Notes: generated by a model not told the origin, from the sequence alone. Counted from the first letter of the stretch, positions 28,517 to 38,377 are shown. The stretch: DNA of 64,000 nucleotides from Halobacteriota archaeon (GCA_050011655.1 JBEKIR010000001.1:4519-68518); one strand, 5' to 3'. Made by a program: numbers and translations.

Positions 28517-29688
28517 ACTCGCTGAAGATTGCACACATCTATGAGCTCGGTCCGCAGCCGGGAGGGGTATTGTTAGGGGGGATTGAAGTTGCACTGCTTG
28601 AGCTGTCGAAATCGCTAGCAAAACTCGGGCACGAAGTCACGATAGTGAGCGGGGCAAGCAGCAGAGCCACTGACTTTCGCATTGAAGACGTGTCAGTCAA
28701 AAACATTGAACTTGGAGGCTCTATGAAACGCACCTGGGATCCTGCAAACCTAAGATTTGCCCGACAGGTCGCATTTCCGTTTGCTACGTTTGCTGCAGAT
28801 CTCTCTGGGTTTGATATCTACCACGGCCACTTCTACACGTCAGGCGTGGCAGCAAACGTTTTGGCTCGAAAATATGGAGGAACAGCGGTCAACACGCTTC
28901 ACGGGTCCTACTATGACATTTGGCGTTACATAGAGCCTCCTATCGTCGCGTCACTCTACCGATTTACAGAACGCGCGCTCGCCCCCACTCTTGCGCGAAT
29001 GTCCAAGATCCAGATTCACACGGGCGCGTATTTCGCCAGCAGAGTTATTGACTGGGGCGCACCCGCCGACAAGGTGGTGACAATACATAACGGCTTCAAC
29101 CCGCGCGCGTTTCACCCCGACGTTGTTCCTGCGGAATCCCTCTCTGACCAAACGGTTCTGTTTACCGCGCGAAGACTTGTCGAAAAGAACGGCGTGGACT
29201 ATCTCATTTTGGCCATGCCGGACATCATCGCGCAACACGATGCCCAGCTTGTGATCGCCGGGGATGGGCCAGAGAAGCATCACCTCGAAAGGCTTGTTGA
29301 GCAGCACGGCCTTCAAGACACCGTATCGTTCATAGGAGCGGTGCCGCACACAGAGTTGCCTCAGTACATTTCGGCATCGGATATCGTCGTGATCCCAAGC
29401 TTGATGGAAGCGTCTAGTCTCTTTTTGATAGAGTCAATGGCCTGTAAACGTCCGGTAGTCGCAACGAACGTAGGGGGAATTCCTGAGATATTGAACGACC
29501 GCTGCGGCGTGCTCGTGTGCCCACGAGATGTGTTTGCGCTGTCACAAGCTGTGAATCGGCTCCTAGCTGATCAGAACCTACGAGACGATCTCGCAACAGA
29601 GGCTTACGCAGCCGTTAGAGGGGCCCTTACGTGGGATAACGTCGCTCGGAGAACTGAGAAGGTGTACGCGAAGGCACTTCGCAGATGA
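28498..29688 (+). CDS. glycosyltransferase family 4 (GT-B, retaining)
   Basis: 396 aa; GT4 N- and C-domains with EAS/E-x7-E-like region near C-terminus; overlaps CE4 gene end. Confidence 0.8.
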   Translation: MEGARLNSLKIAHIYELGPQPGGVLLGGIEVALLELSKSLAKLGHEVTIVSGASSRATDFRIEDVSVKNIELGGSMKRTWDPANLRFARQVAFPFATFAADLSGFDIYHGHFYTSGVAANVLARKYGGTAVNTLHGSYYDIWRYIEPPIVASLYRFTERALAPTLARMSKIQIHTGAYFASRVIDWGAPADKVVTIHNGFNPRAFHPDVVPAESLSDQTVLFTARRLVEKNGVDYLILAMPDIIAQHDAQLVIAGDGPEKHHLERLVEQHGLQDTVSFIGAVPHTELPQYISASDIVVIPSLMEASSLFLIESMACKRPVVATNVGGIPEILNDRCGVLVCPRDVFALSQAVNRLLADQNLRDDLATEAYAAVRGALTWDNVARRTEKVYAKALRR

Positions 29689-29962
29689 GCAGCTAACGGT
29701 AGTAATCAGGGGCTCGTGCTTTTCTGTATTCTACGCAGCGCTTGCACGAATCGAGCGGAAGTATTCCAAAAGCACCGCAGTGCACGTATTTGGTTGCCCC
29801 GTATTGCTCGTATCCCATGAACGCCAGACAATCTATGTCGGGTTCAGTTGTGCTGGTTCCTAAGCCTATACATCCCCCCCAAAAAATCGTTCATATTATT
29901 ATTATTTATAAGTTGGCGCTCATTTCGCAAGCAAAACAGCCGTTAGAGGTGGCCCGCAGCGA

Positions 29963-30688
29963 TCAGGCTCGGGCTATCGTAACGAATCCAGTGTGACCGA
30001 CTCGTGTCGCAGGGCGAGTACCTCTCTTTCCAAACTGCATTTCCCGCTCAATCACCTCAAACGTCTTGATTTGAGTGAAGCGCGCAAGCGCCCTGCGTGC
30101 TCCAAAAGCCTGCTCATAGAACGGGGAGAAGGTTGCGATGAACCCACCAGGAGCCAAATATTCCTTTACCACTCCGATTGCTTTGACGATTTCGTACAAA
30201 TCGAGCGTGATGACGTCGAACTCTACCTCTGAGGTCATTTCGAGCACGTCGCCTTCAACGATATCAATGTTCGTCAGTCCTGCGTGCCTCACATTCTGCG
30301 CAGCGCGCTTAGCAAAACCGCCGTTGATCTCGTACGAAGTCACGTGTTCGGCGACGCTTCCCAAAAAGATCGCTGTGATTCCCGACCCTGTGCCTGCGTC
30401 AAGGACGATATCGTTATTGTTCAAACCCGTATGAGCGACTATGACGCCGATGTCCTTCGGCATCATGGGCGCGCCCGTTCGCTTCAAGTGACGAAAATAG
30501 TCAGGAGCGCGGGGTCTCAGCACCTTGAATTCCGTGCCCAGGTGTGTGGTAATTATGCTGCCATACTCCAGAGCTTGCAGAATCTCGAGGTTGATGACGC
30601 CAGCGTCGGTGTGAAGCTCTCCCTCGGATCTAACTAAGAACTGCCTTTCAGCGTTCGCGACAGACACCAAAAGTGCGTTCTCTATCAT
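29963..30688 (-). CDS. trmI: tRNA (adenine57/58-N1)-methyltransferase TrmI
   Basis: Gcd14/TrmI family: LDAGTGSG SAM motif, about 240 aa. Confidence 0.8.
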   Translation of the reverse strand: MIENALLVSVANAERQFLVRSEGELHTDAGVINLEILQALEYGSIITTHLGTEFKVLRPRAPDYFRHLKRTGAPMMPKDIGVIVAHTGLNNNDIVLDAGTGSGITAIFLGSVAEHVTSYEINGGFAKRAAQNVRHAGLTNIDIVEGDVLEMTSEVEFDVITLDLYEIVKAIGVVKEYLAPGGFIATFSPFYEQAFGARRALARFTQIKTFEVIEREMQFGKRGTRPATRVGHTGFVTIARA

Positions 30689-30697
30689 ATTTTGCGG

Positions 30698-31048
30698 CTA
30701 CTGCCCCTTCAACTTGAGAATGGCATCAGCGAGATCTCCTCCGGAAGTCACGATGGCTTCTCGCGCAGCATCCTCGCTGACTCCAGCCTGTTCTGTAACT
30801 ATCTTGACGTCTTCGTCGTTCACTTTCGCACGCTCTGTCGGCTCCCCGGATATCTGATAGTTCTTGGTTCCTTGCGCCGTCATCACGGTCACCGTTGCGT
30901 CTTCGAAAATGAGTTCTTTATCAGAAAGCTGGATGATCACCCGCTCGACGTTTTCCAACTCTTCGACGTCGATCCCCATTTGTTTCATCATCTGCTGTAG
31001 CCTTTTGGGACTCATTCCCCGCATACCTGGAATCATAGAATCACCCAC
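30698..31048 (-). CDS. nac: nascent polypeptide-associated complex alpha subunit (NAC domain plus UBA)
   Basis: 116 aa; NAC domain and C-terminal UBA-like AAREAIVTSGGDLADAILKL. Confidence 0.85.
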   Translation of the reverse strand: MGDSMIPGMRGMSPKRLQQMMKQMGIDVEELENVERVIIQLSDKELIFEDATVTVMTAQGTKNYQISGEPTERAKVNDEDVKIVTEQAGVSEDAAREAIVTSGGDLADAILKLKGQ

Positions 31049-31118
31049 GGTAATGACACATTCAAAGGATTTTTACGTTATGGTGCAGAATTCAAAAAGT
31101 CGAAAAGCAGGTGGGTCG

Positions 31119-31577
31119 TCAATCCGTCTTACGGAACCCTTGCCTCGTTTTTACTGCCACTCCCTTGTTGAACGCACACATCTCTAGTGGGCTCAGGAGG
31201 GCCCGGCCTGTCGCTAGTAGCGCGTCGCGTTCGTCGACTAAGAGCACCTCGTCCTGCGCCCTCAAATCAGGGTCAGCACTTATCACGTGTTTTGCAAAGG
31301 CCGTTTTTCCCGCCCCGACGAACGGCGCAGATTCGGCGTTCACGATAACTCGCAGCTTCGGATCCGAAAAACGTGCGTGGAGTCGACGCGCTCCTAATTC
31401 GCCTAACGTGAAAAGTCCGTCAGACGCACGCAATGTTGCGACTCTAATTCCGCCGTCGAGAACCTGACTGACCCTTCGTGTTCGCGACAGCGTGAAAGTG
31501 ATCGTTTCTGGAAAGAGACTCTCTCCGGCACCAGACCCGAACTGGTAATCTGCAATGATCCGGACGCGTCGCAGCAC
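31119..31577 (-). CDS. PUA-domain RNA-binding protein
   Basis: 152 aa with C-terminal PUA-like beta sandwich; commonly adjacent to NAC-alpha in archaea. Confidence 0.55.
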   Translation of the reverse strand: MLRRVRIIADYQFGSGAGESLFPETITFTLSRTRRVSQVLDGGIRVATLRASDGLFTLGELGARRLHARFSDPKLRVIVNAESAPFVGAGKTAFAKHVISADPDLRAQDEVLLVDERDALLATGRALLSPLEMCAFNKGVAVKTRQGFRKTD

Positions 31578-31597
31578 AAGCGTTATATCTCTACGCT

Positions 31598-33067
31598 ATG
31601 CATTTTAGGTTTATGCCTCTCGAGCCGTTATCTGCTGAAGAGATGCGGCGCATCGACGAAAACTGCGTTGGGCTCGGCATTTCTAAGCTGCAGCTCATGG
31701 AAAATGCGGGAAAGGCCGTTGCGGAACGCGTAAGGCACCTCTGCAAAGGTGCACGCGGCTCTTCCAAGACAATAGCTATCATCTGCGGTCTAGGGAACAA
31801 CGGGGGCGATGGCTTCGTTGCGGCTCGGCATCTGTCGCGCGAATTTGCCGTTCACGTGGTGTTAGTCGGCCATGAGAAAGCCCTGAAGACTGAAGAAGCC
31901 CGAAAGAATTGGAAGATTTTGGAACATTTAGATCATTCGGTGACGCTTTGTCAAGGCGCTTCAATTTTTAGCGCGGAAAGCCCTCTCACGAAGTTAGAAA
32001 GTTATGACCTTCTTGTCGACGCCATTCTTGGAATCGGGCTGGCAGGGCCCATGCGCGAGCCAGAACGAACCGTCATTCACCTAATCAATCAAGCAAAAAT
32101 CAAGAAACTGTCAGTCGACGTGCCAAGTGGCTATCGCACAGAGACTGCGGTCGAGTCAGATTATCTGGTCACCTTTCACGGCCTCAAAGCTGGCACACGA
32201 TCAAAGGGAACCACAGTTTGCGATATTGGGATTCCGCTAGAAGCGGAACTATGCACTGGCCCGGGAGATCTGTTGCTGCAACGGCACGCCGAAAGTCACA
32301 AGGGCGAAAATGGGCGGGTGCTGATTATTGGCGGTGGCCCTTATCCGGGCGCGCCAACGTTTGCTGCTATGGCGGCGATGAGAAGCGGGGTCGATATCGT
32401 GACTGTCGCCTCACCAAACGCTGAAATCATAGCAGGATTCAGTCCGAACCTCATAGTTCGAAAGATAGGCATCGACCGATTCACCACACGAGACGTTGAG
32501 AGTCTGATCGAGCTAATTGCCCAGCACGATTCCGTGGTGCTGGGTCCTGGTCTCGGTGCTGACGCAGAGACGATCCGAGCTGCAAGCGCGCTAATAACTG
32601 CTTCTAACAACCTAACGCTCGACGCAGACGCGCTCCGTGGCCTTGCAAGCTCAGAATATGAGGAGGGCAAAATAGCTGTCACGCCACACCTTGGCGAGTT
32701 TGCAGCTCTGACGGGTGCCGTAGTTCCAAGCACGCTTCAAGAAAGAATAGAGGCGGTAAAAGCTTTTTCGCGAGATTGGAGTGTAGTAACACTGCTAAAG
32801 GGTCGCATCGATATCATCTCAGATGGAACGAAACATAGGCTCAACAAGACCGGTAACGCCGCGATGACGGTCGGGGGTACTGGCGACGTCCTAGCAGGGC
32901 TCGTTGGCGCTCTCTCAACGTCCCTAGACAAAATGCAAGCAGCTTCAGCAGCTGCGTACCTTAATGGTCGTGCCGGCGACTTGGCATATTCCCGCTTTGG
33001 ATACAGCCTCTTGGCAACAGACGTTATTGATTGCATTGCAGACGTTTTGTCTGGAAGATCACAATGA
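31598..33067 (+). CDS. nnr: bifunctional NAD(P)H-hydrate repair enzyme Nnr (YjeF-N epimerase plus ADP-dependent dehydratase)
   Basis: 489 aa; YjeF N-terminal domain (GNNGGDG) and C-terminal carbohydrate-kinase-like domain (GTGDVLAG). Confidence 0.85.
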   Translation: MHFRFMPLEPLSAEEMRRIDENCVGLGISKLQLMENAGKAVAERVRHLCKGARGSSKTIAIICGLGNNGGDGFVAARHLSREFAVHVVLVGHEKALKTEEARKNWKILEHLDHSVTLCQGASIFSAESPLTKLESYDLLVDAILGIGLAGPMREPERTVIHLINQAKIKKLSVDVPSGYRTETAVESDYLVTFHGLKAGTRSKGTTVCDIGIPLEAELCTGPGDLLLQRHAESHKGENGRVLIIGGGPYPGAPTFAAMAAMRSGVDIVTVASPNAEIIAGFSPNLIVRKIGIDRFTTRDVESLIELIAQHDSVVLGPGLGADAETIRAASALITASNNLTLDADALRGLASSEYEEGKIAVTPHLGEFAALTGAVVPSTLQERIEAVKAFSRDWSVVTLLKGRIDIISDGTKHRLNKTGNAAMTVGGTGDVLAGLVGALSTSLDKMQAASAAAYLNGRAGDLAYSRFGYSLLATDVIDCIADVLSGRSQ

Positions 33068-33213
33068 TTGGCGCTCCGCCCCCTTGCGAGCCGCCACGTT
33101 CTATGTAGCAGCGAAGTGCACAATCTGACTGCAATCAAGCGAAAAACCAACCCGAAGCAAGACAGCAAACGAAGACCGTTGAAGTGATACCGCTCAGCAG
33201 GGGCTGCCGGTGC

Positions 33214-34200
33214 TCACGCCTGGGGATTTACAGATGCGCGTGCGCTCGCTCGCTTGACGCCGAGGTAGGCCCACTGGTCGTAAATGCTGGTGTCGTCTCG
33301 GTTGTCGATAATTTCGCCTTCGATGCCAAATTCCAGCATTGTTTTGTAAATGAAAGCGGCCTCTTCTTTCTTTTGCGCTGTAAACAGCAGAAGCCCCTCA
33401 CTAATGACCTCGGCAGCCTCTGACAATATCTTCCGCCAATCGCGTTTGTTGAACTCGTAAATGGCCCCCAGCATGAAGCCAGCGACGCACCTAAACTTGT
33501 GGTACTTGGCGATTTCGTATTCCGCTAGGCAACGGGCGTCCATCACCAGTGTGTTTTCTTTGGTAAGAGCGCCGTACAATAACCCCTCACAAACTGCGCA
33601 TTTATCGTTATCTATAGCATATACGTTGTAACCAAGTTCGCGGAGCGCAGCGGTGGCCATGCCGTTCCCGCAGCACACCTCCAGCATCTCTCCCGCATCC
33701 AAATCGTAGAATAGCTCGATTTTAGTCTTAAAAAATAACTGTAAGCGCTCCTGACGCTCAGGCGAGTATGCTAGTACCTGAGCTCGTCTTCCGCCGTAAC
33801 ATTCACAGGATTCACCGCTCACTAGCAGGTCGCACAAAAGTGCGCATACCGCCGCGTGAAAATCGGCTGCCTCGATCACACACGATCGCTTATTGTCGGA
33901 TTTGGCAGCCTGATACAGCGCTCTGGCATAGCTATCGAACTCTGAATCAAACCGGACGATGTCGGTCACTAACGTCCAAAAATCCTGCTTGAAGGCAATT
34001 CCGCGTATTTGGCCGTCACAGACGAACGAAACGATCGCGTCAATTGGTGAATCAAGCATCTCTCGAAGAAGATACTTCGAGAAAGTAGTATCTCTTAGGC
34101 CTGCGTACGTGTCATCTACGAGCAGTACACTCGTCGCGCTAAGCAGCTGCTTCAGATCCATTTCAATGACACTCGTGTGCACTTCCGACCGCGTCTTCAA
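33214..34200 (-). CDS. two-domain SAM-dependent methyltransferase (class I) with uncharacterised N-terminal domain
   Basis: LEVCCGNGMATAALRELGYNVYAIDND SAM-binding motif; true start possibly Met at 34161 directly after pyrD stop. Confidence 0.55.
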   Translation of the reverse strand: MKTRSEVHTSVIEMDLKQLLSATSVLLVDDTYAGLRDTTFSKYLLREMLDSPIDAIVSFVCDGQIRGIAFKQDFWTLVTDIVRFDSEFDSYARALYQAAKSDNKRSCVIEAADFHAAVCALLCDLLVSGESCECYGGRRAQVLAYSPERQERLQLFFKTKIELFYDLDAGEMLEVCCGNGMATAALRELGYNVYAIDNDKCAVCEGLLYGALTKENTLVMDARCLAEYEIAKYHKFRCVAGFMLGAIYEFNKRDWRKILSEAAEVISEGLLLFTAQKKEEAAFIYKTMLEFGIEGEIIDNRDDTSIYDQWAYLGVKRASARASVNPQA

Positions 34201-35101
34201 GTGTTATGCCTTTCCTGGCAAGGTAGCGGTCGATTCCGTCCGCCACACGCTTAAAAATCGACAGATCTCTGGCCACCGCCGACCCGATCTGAATGGCCTT
34301 CGCTCCTGCCATAATGAGCTCCAAGGCGTCCTCGTAACTGCTGACCCCTCCGACCCCAACAATAGGGATCCTGAGGGCTTCGTAGAGATCGTAAACACAT
34401 TTAACCGCTACCGGCCTTATCGCACTGCCTGAAAGTCCGCCAAATACGTTACCCAAGACAGGCCTCCCGCTTTCCACATCGATCGCCATTCCCTTGACGG
34501 TGTTTATCGCCACTACGGCATCAGCTCCACCTTTTTCTGCTGCGTGACCTATTTCTGTGATATCAGTTACGTTAGGGGTGAGCTTAACCCACACAGGGAG
34601 GTCGACCTGTTTTTTCACGGAGCGCGTAATAGACTGGACCAGCGCCGGCTCTGACCCAACTTCGATTCCATACCCCCGGGCATGGGGGCAGCTTAGGTTA
34701 AGCTCGAGGGCGTCGGCGAACCGGCAAAACGCCCTGGCTAGCTCAACGAATTCGTCTGCGTTGGCGCCAAATACGCTGACGATTAGTGGTTTTCGTTCGG
34801 CTGCGGCGGCCAGCTGCTGAAGTTCGCCGGTAAACGCGAGTCCAGCGTTGGGTAATCCAAGCGCGTTGAGAAACCCGGACGAGGTCTCAACGAGGACGGG
34901 CCCAGGATGACCTTGGCGGGGCATAAGACCTACTGACTTTGTCACTACGCCTCCGGCACCGCACGCCATGACACGCCTTAGCGAAGATGCAGCAGATCCC
35001 ATAATCCCTGCGGCGAGCACCGTGGGGTTAGTAAGCGTCAGTTTGCCGATGTGGACATCCAATTCATCACTTCCAGCCGACAAACTATAAATTTGCCCCA
35101 A
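34163..35101 (-). CDS. pyrD: dihydroorotate dehydrogenase, class 1 catalytic subunit (PyrD)
   Basis: 312 aa TIM barrel; NLSCPH catalytic motif; FMN-binding GG.S motifs. Confidence 0.85.
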   Translation of the reverse strand: MGQIYSLSAGSDELDVHIGKLTLTNPTVLAAGIMGSAASSLRRVMACGAGGVVTKSVGLMPRQGHPGPVLVETSSGFLNALGLPNAGLAFTGELQQLAAAAERKPLIVSVFGANADEFVELARAFCRFADALELNLSCPHARGYGIEVGSEPALVQSITRSVKKQVDLPVWVKLTPNVTDITEIGHAAEKGGADAVVAINTVKGMAIDVESGRPVLGNVFGGLSGSAIRPVAVKCVYDLYEALRIPIVGVGGVSSYEDALELIMAGAKAIQIGSAVARDLSIFKRVADGIDRYLARKGITLEDAVGSAHECH

Positions 35102-35183
35102 GATATATAGAACCGTCTATCACTCTAAATAGGCGCCATCGCATCCGTTGCGAAGACTGGCGCAACTGACGACAAAATGAGAC

Positions 35184-36089
35184 ATGGCACACATCAAAAC
35201 TTGGTTTGGAGATATCGAACTGCACAACGACGAGATTGTCAGCTCGCAGGTCTTGAAGGCAGACATCGACGCCATGGCACAGCGCTTACAGCGAGAGGAC
35301 TTTGCCGATTTCGATAAGGAATGTAGAGGTCGTCTCAGGGAGATAGCGATCAAACTTCAAGTTGTCAGCTCCGAGCGCGAATACGTTTCACTACTTCGCG
35401 CTATTATGATACAACGCGCGAAGGAACGGATAGTCACAGCGTTTGCGCAGCCCGACGCGCGCATCATCCAACTAATCGATGGTATCGACGACATTGATGA
35501 ATCGATAAACTTGCTCTCTGAACGACTTTCGGAGTGGTGTTTGCTCACGTCGGAGACGTCTATGCCAGAGGACCTACTGGAAGCTTTTGCCTCCTCACCT
35601 TCCGCACAGTCACCGCTGGCGCAAGAATTTGCCGGTTCCATAAGCCGACTTTGCGAATTGAGACAGGAGATAGCAAACGCCATCGAGCTTGAAATGCGCA
35701 CCACTGCCCCCAATCTCTCCACGCTCGCTGGTGAATTGCTCGGGGCGCGGTTAATCGCTCGAGCAGGTGGCCTAGGGCCACTCGCAAGAATGCCGGCTAG
35801 CAGGATTCAGGTAATAGGCGCTTCCAAGGCGCTATTCAGGCACATAAAGTACGGCACAAAACCGCCCAAGCACGGAGTTATTTTTCAACATCCGCTCGTT
35901 CGCGGCAGTCACCCGAACAACAGAGGAAAGATTGCAAGAATCTTAGCTGCAAAAATAGCCATTGCGGCTCGTTTAGACTTCTATTCAAAAAAGGTCTATC
36001 CTGAACTATTAAGTCAAGTGGAAAAACGAGTTGGCGAACTGCAGACCGCGGAGCGCAACCCCAAACAACATGAAGATAAGAAGCCATAA
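35184..36089 (+). CDS. nop5: C/D box sRNP core protein Nop5 (Nop56/58 homologue), short form
   Basis: NOP domain (GARLIARAGGL...) ; only 301 aa; immediately followed by fibrillarin. Confidence 0.8.
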   Translation: MAHIKTWFGDIELHNDEIVSSQVLKADIDAMAQRLQREDFADFDKECRGRLREIAIKLQVVSSEREYVSLLRAIMIQRAKERIVTAFAQPDARIIQLIDGIDDIDESINLLSERLSEWCLLTSETSMPEDLLEAFASSPSAQSPLAQEFAGSISRLCELRQEIANAIELEMRTTAPNLSTLAGELLGARLIARAGGLGPLARMPASRIQVIGASKALFRHIKYGTKPPKHGVIFQHPLVRGSHPNNRGKIARILAAKIAIAARLDFYSKKVYPELLSQVEKRVGELQTAERNPKQHEDKKP

Positions 36090-36696
36090 GGTCCCTGGAG
36101 TTTTTTTACTGGATAAGCAGTTAGCCACGAAAGGCGAAGCCCTGTACGGGGAGAGGACATTCGACGGCTACCGGCTTTGGAATCCGCGAAGGAGTAAGCT
36201 GGCGGCATTATTGACGAAGCAGGCGCAAGTGCCTCTGGCGCCTGAGCAGATTGTGCTCTACTTAGGGGCCGCATCGGGGACGACTGTCTCGCACCTAGCC
36301 AACATTGTTTCACTCGTGTATGCCGTAGAGTTTGCGCCACGCGTGGCACGGGACCTCGTTCGTTTGTCAGAGCGCGTGACGAATATCGTCCCCCTGATTT
36401 CAGATGCTGCGCAGCCTGACTATGGACCTGTTGTGGAACTTGTTGATCTGCTGTACCAGGACATCGCACAGCCGAGACAAGCTGAAATCGCTGTTAAAAA
36501 CGCCGAATTGTTCTTGAAACCACGCGGCTACGCTTGCATCATAATTAAAGCGCGAAGCATTGATGTCACGGCGAAACCCAAAACAGTCTATAAACGAGAA
36601 GTCAAGAAATTAGAAGAGCTATTTGACATTGAGTCCGTCCATGAGCTCGAACCGTTTTATAAGGCGCACGCAGCAGTCATTGCACGCTTAGCTTGA
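36070..36696 (+). CDS. flpA: fibrillarin-like rRNA/tRNA 2'-O-methyltransferase
   Basis: fibrillarin fold; VLYLGAASGTTVSH SAM motif; ORF-track start 36031 is probably too far upstream, Met at 36070. Confidence 0.9.
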   Translation: MKIRSHKVPGVFLLDKQLATKGEALYGERTFDGYRLWNPRRSKLAALLTKQAQVPLAPEQIVLYLGAASGTTVSHLANIVSLVYAVEFAPRVARDLVRLSERVTNIVPLISDAAQPDYGPVVELVDLLYQDIAQPRQAEIAVKNAELFLKPRGYACIIIKARSIDVTAKPKTVYKREVKKLEELFDIESVHELEPFYKAHAAVIARLA

Positions 36697-36828
36697 TTGC
36701 GCAAGAATCATTATAGCACGCAGATCGCAGCCTACAGTTTATTCTTTTTTGCCGCGTGCGATTCCAAACCGGCAAAACTTTTTAACGAATCACGTGTATG
36801 CTAGTTACAGTTCAATAACGAGGATAAA

Positions 36829-37350
36829 ATGGCACGCAAACCAGCTAAGATGTATAGAAGGGTCACAGGACCCGCCTATACAAGGAAGTCTTATATGGGG
36901 GGGATCCCTGGAAGCAAGATTTCACAATTCGATACCGGCAACCTAAGTGCCGATTTCAAGGTGGCAGTTTCACTCAGCGTTGATGAACCGTGCCAAATAC
37001 GACATATTGCGCTGGAAGCCGCCAGGATCGCAGCGAACCGTTACCTGATGAAATCAACAGGCAGGCTGAATTTCCGGCTGAAGCTCCGCGTCTATCCGCA
37101 CCAAGTGCTGCGAGAGAACAAGATGGCCACCGGCGCTGGGGCTGATCGGGTTCAGGATGGGATGAGGGGGGCATTTGGAAAGGCAGTAGGAACCGCCGCC
37201 CGCGTAGCCTCTGACCAAAAAGTGTTTACGGTGTTTGTAAATCCTCCTAACTTTTTAAAAGCCAAAGAGGCGCTGCGGAGAGCTTCGATGAAAGTGCCAC
37301 CGCCGTGCAGAATTGTCATAGACGAAGGGTTTGAACTCATCAAAGCATGA
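36829..37350 (+). CDS. rpl10e: 50S ribosomal protein L10e (uL16)
   Basis: 173 aa uL16/L10e; GAGGA Shine-Dalgarno 8 nt upstream. Confidence 0.9.
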   Translation: MARKPAKMYRRVTGPAYTRKSYMGGIPGSKISQFDTGNLSADFKVAVSLSVDEPCQIRHIALEAARIAANRYLMKSTGRLNFRLKLRVYPHQVLRENKMATGAGADRVQDGMRGAFGKAVGTAARVASDQKVFTVFVNPPNFLKAKEALRRASMKVPPPCRIVIDEGFELIKA

Positions 37351-38014
37351 CGCTAACGGAACCGCTGTAAATTGTGATAGTCAGAAGAAGGTGTATAGTA
37401 CGGATAGTTATGAAAACTACTTGGATCGCGGCATCAAAAACTTGCCTCAGACAATAATAGCTGCGGAACGTTTTTCGATACCTGTACCGCGGGTGTTTAT
37501 CGAAGGAAGAATGACTGTTTTTGAGAATTTCAGCGAAATCAGCGACGTGTTAAATAGAAATCCTGAGCACGTGCTCAAATTTCTATTGCGAGAACTCGGA
37601 ACTGCAGGCAAGATGGACGGAGGGCGGGTCATTTTTCAGGGCAGATTTTCGCAAGAGATGATAGCCGGCCTCATCGAAGATTATGTTGCGGAGTACGTAA
37701 TTTGCTCAGAATGCAATAGACCAGACACACATCTAACGAAGAGTGATAGAACGGTTATGCTAAAGTGTGACGCGTGCGGCGCTCACAGGCCCATACGGAA
37801 ACGATATGTGAAGAAGGAAAGCGCGGCCAGTGCGCTTGAAGAGGGGAGCGTCTACGATGTGCGGATCGAAGCCGTCGGCAAGCGAGGAGACGGGATTGCC
37901 AAGGTCGGCAAATACTCGCTGTTCGTTCCGGGCGCGGGCAAGGGAGACACCGTAAAGGTACGAGTCAAGAAGATCTCGGGCACTCTCGCATTCACCGAAA
38001 AAGTACCAGGTTAA
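37331..38014 (+). CDS. eif2b: translation initiation factor 2 beta subunit (aIF2beta) fused to C-terminal TRAM domain
   Basis: eIF2beta core with zinc ribbon [11 protein letters not shown]...CDACGA; C-terminal about 60 aa [50 protein letters not shown] is a TRAM-fold OB domain. Confidence 0.75.
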   Translation: MNSSKHDANGTAVNCDSQKKVYSTDSYENYLDRGIKNLPQTIIAAERFSIPVPRVFIEGRMTVFENFSEISDVLNRNPEHVLKFLLRELGTAGKMDGGRVIFQGRFSQEMIAGLIEDYVAEYVICSECNRPDTHLTKSDRTVMLKCDACGAHRPIRKRYVKKESAASALEEGSVYDVRIEAVGKRGDGIAKVGKYSLFVPGAGKGDTVKVRVKKISGTLAFTEKVPG

Positions 38015-38377
38015 GACGATCTCAAGACGGCCACGAGGCACTTCACAGCCGTAAGGCACAATCCCGCCGCTTCAGGAGATTTTTCGCTTCACCAGGTGCC
38101 TCGCTGTGCAGGCAGCATCAAGTACTACGGCAATGCGTGAGCGCTTGATTTCTCGCGCCATTTTGTACGCGCCGTAATGCCCGGGTCGATTGTGGGTTGT
38201 GAGGACCCGATGCACCGAAAACGATGCATTTGGTTGGCTCAGAATTTAGGCCTTTATTTAGACAGCAGAAATACAGCGTGCTCAGTGAGGAGGCGCGGCA
38301 AGCGGACTTATGCACGATGAGCGGACCGGCTAAGCTCAAGACAATCACTGAATAACAAAGAACGGGAAGGACAGACG

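Noticed and set aside
35357-36469. Minus-strand ORFs (121, 75, 69, 151 aa) inside nop5/fibrillarin
   Set aside because: Antisense to well-supported plus-strand genes and low-complexity. Spurious.
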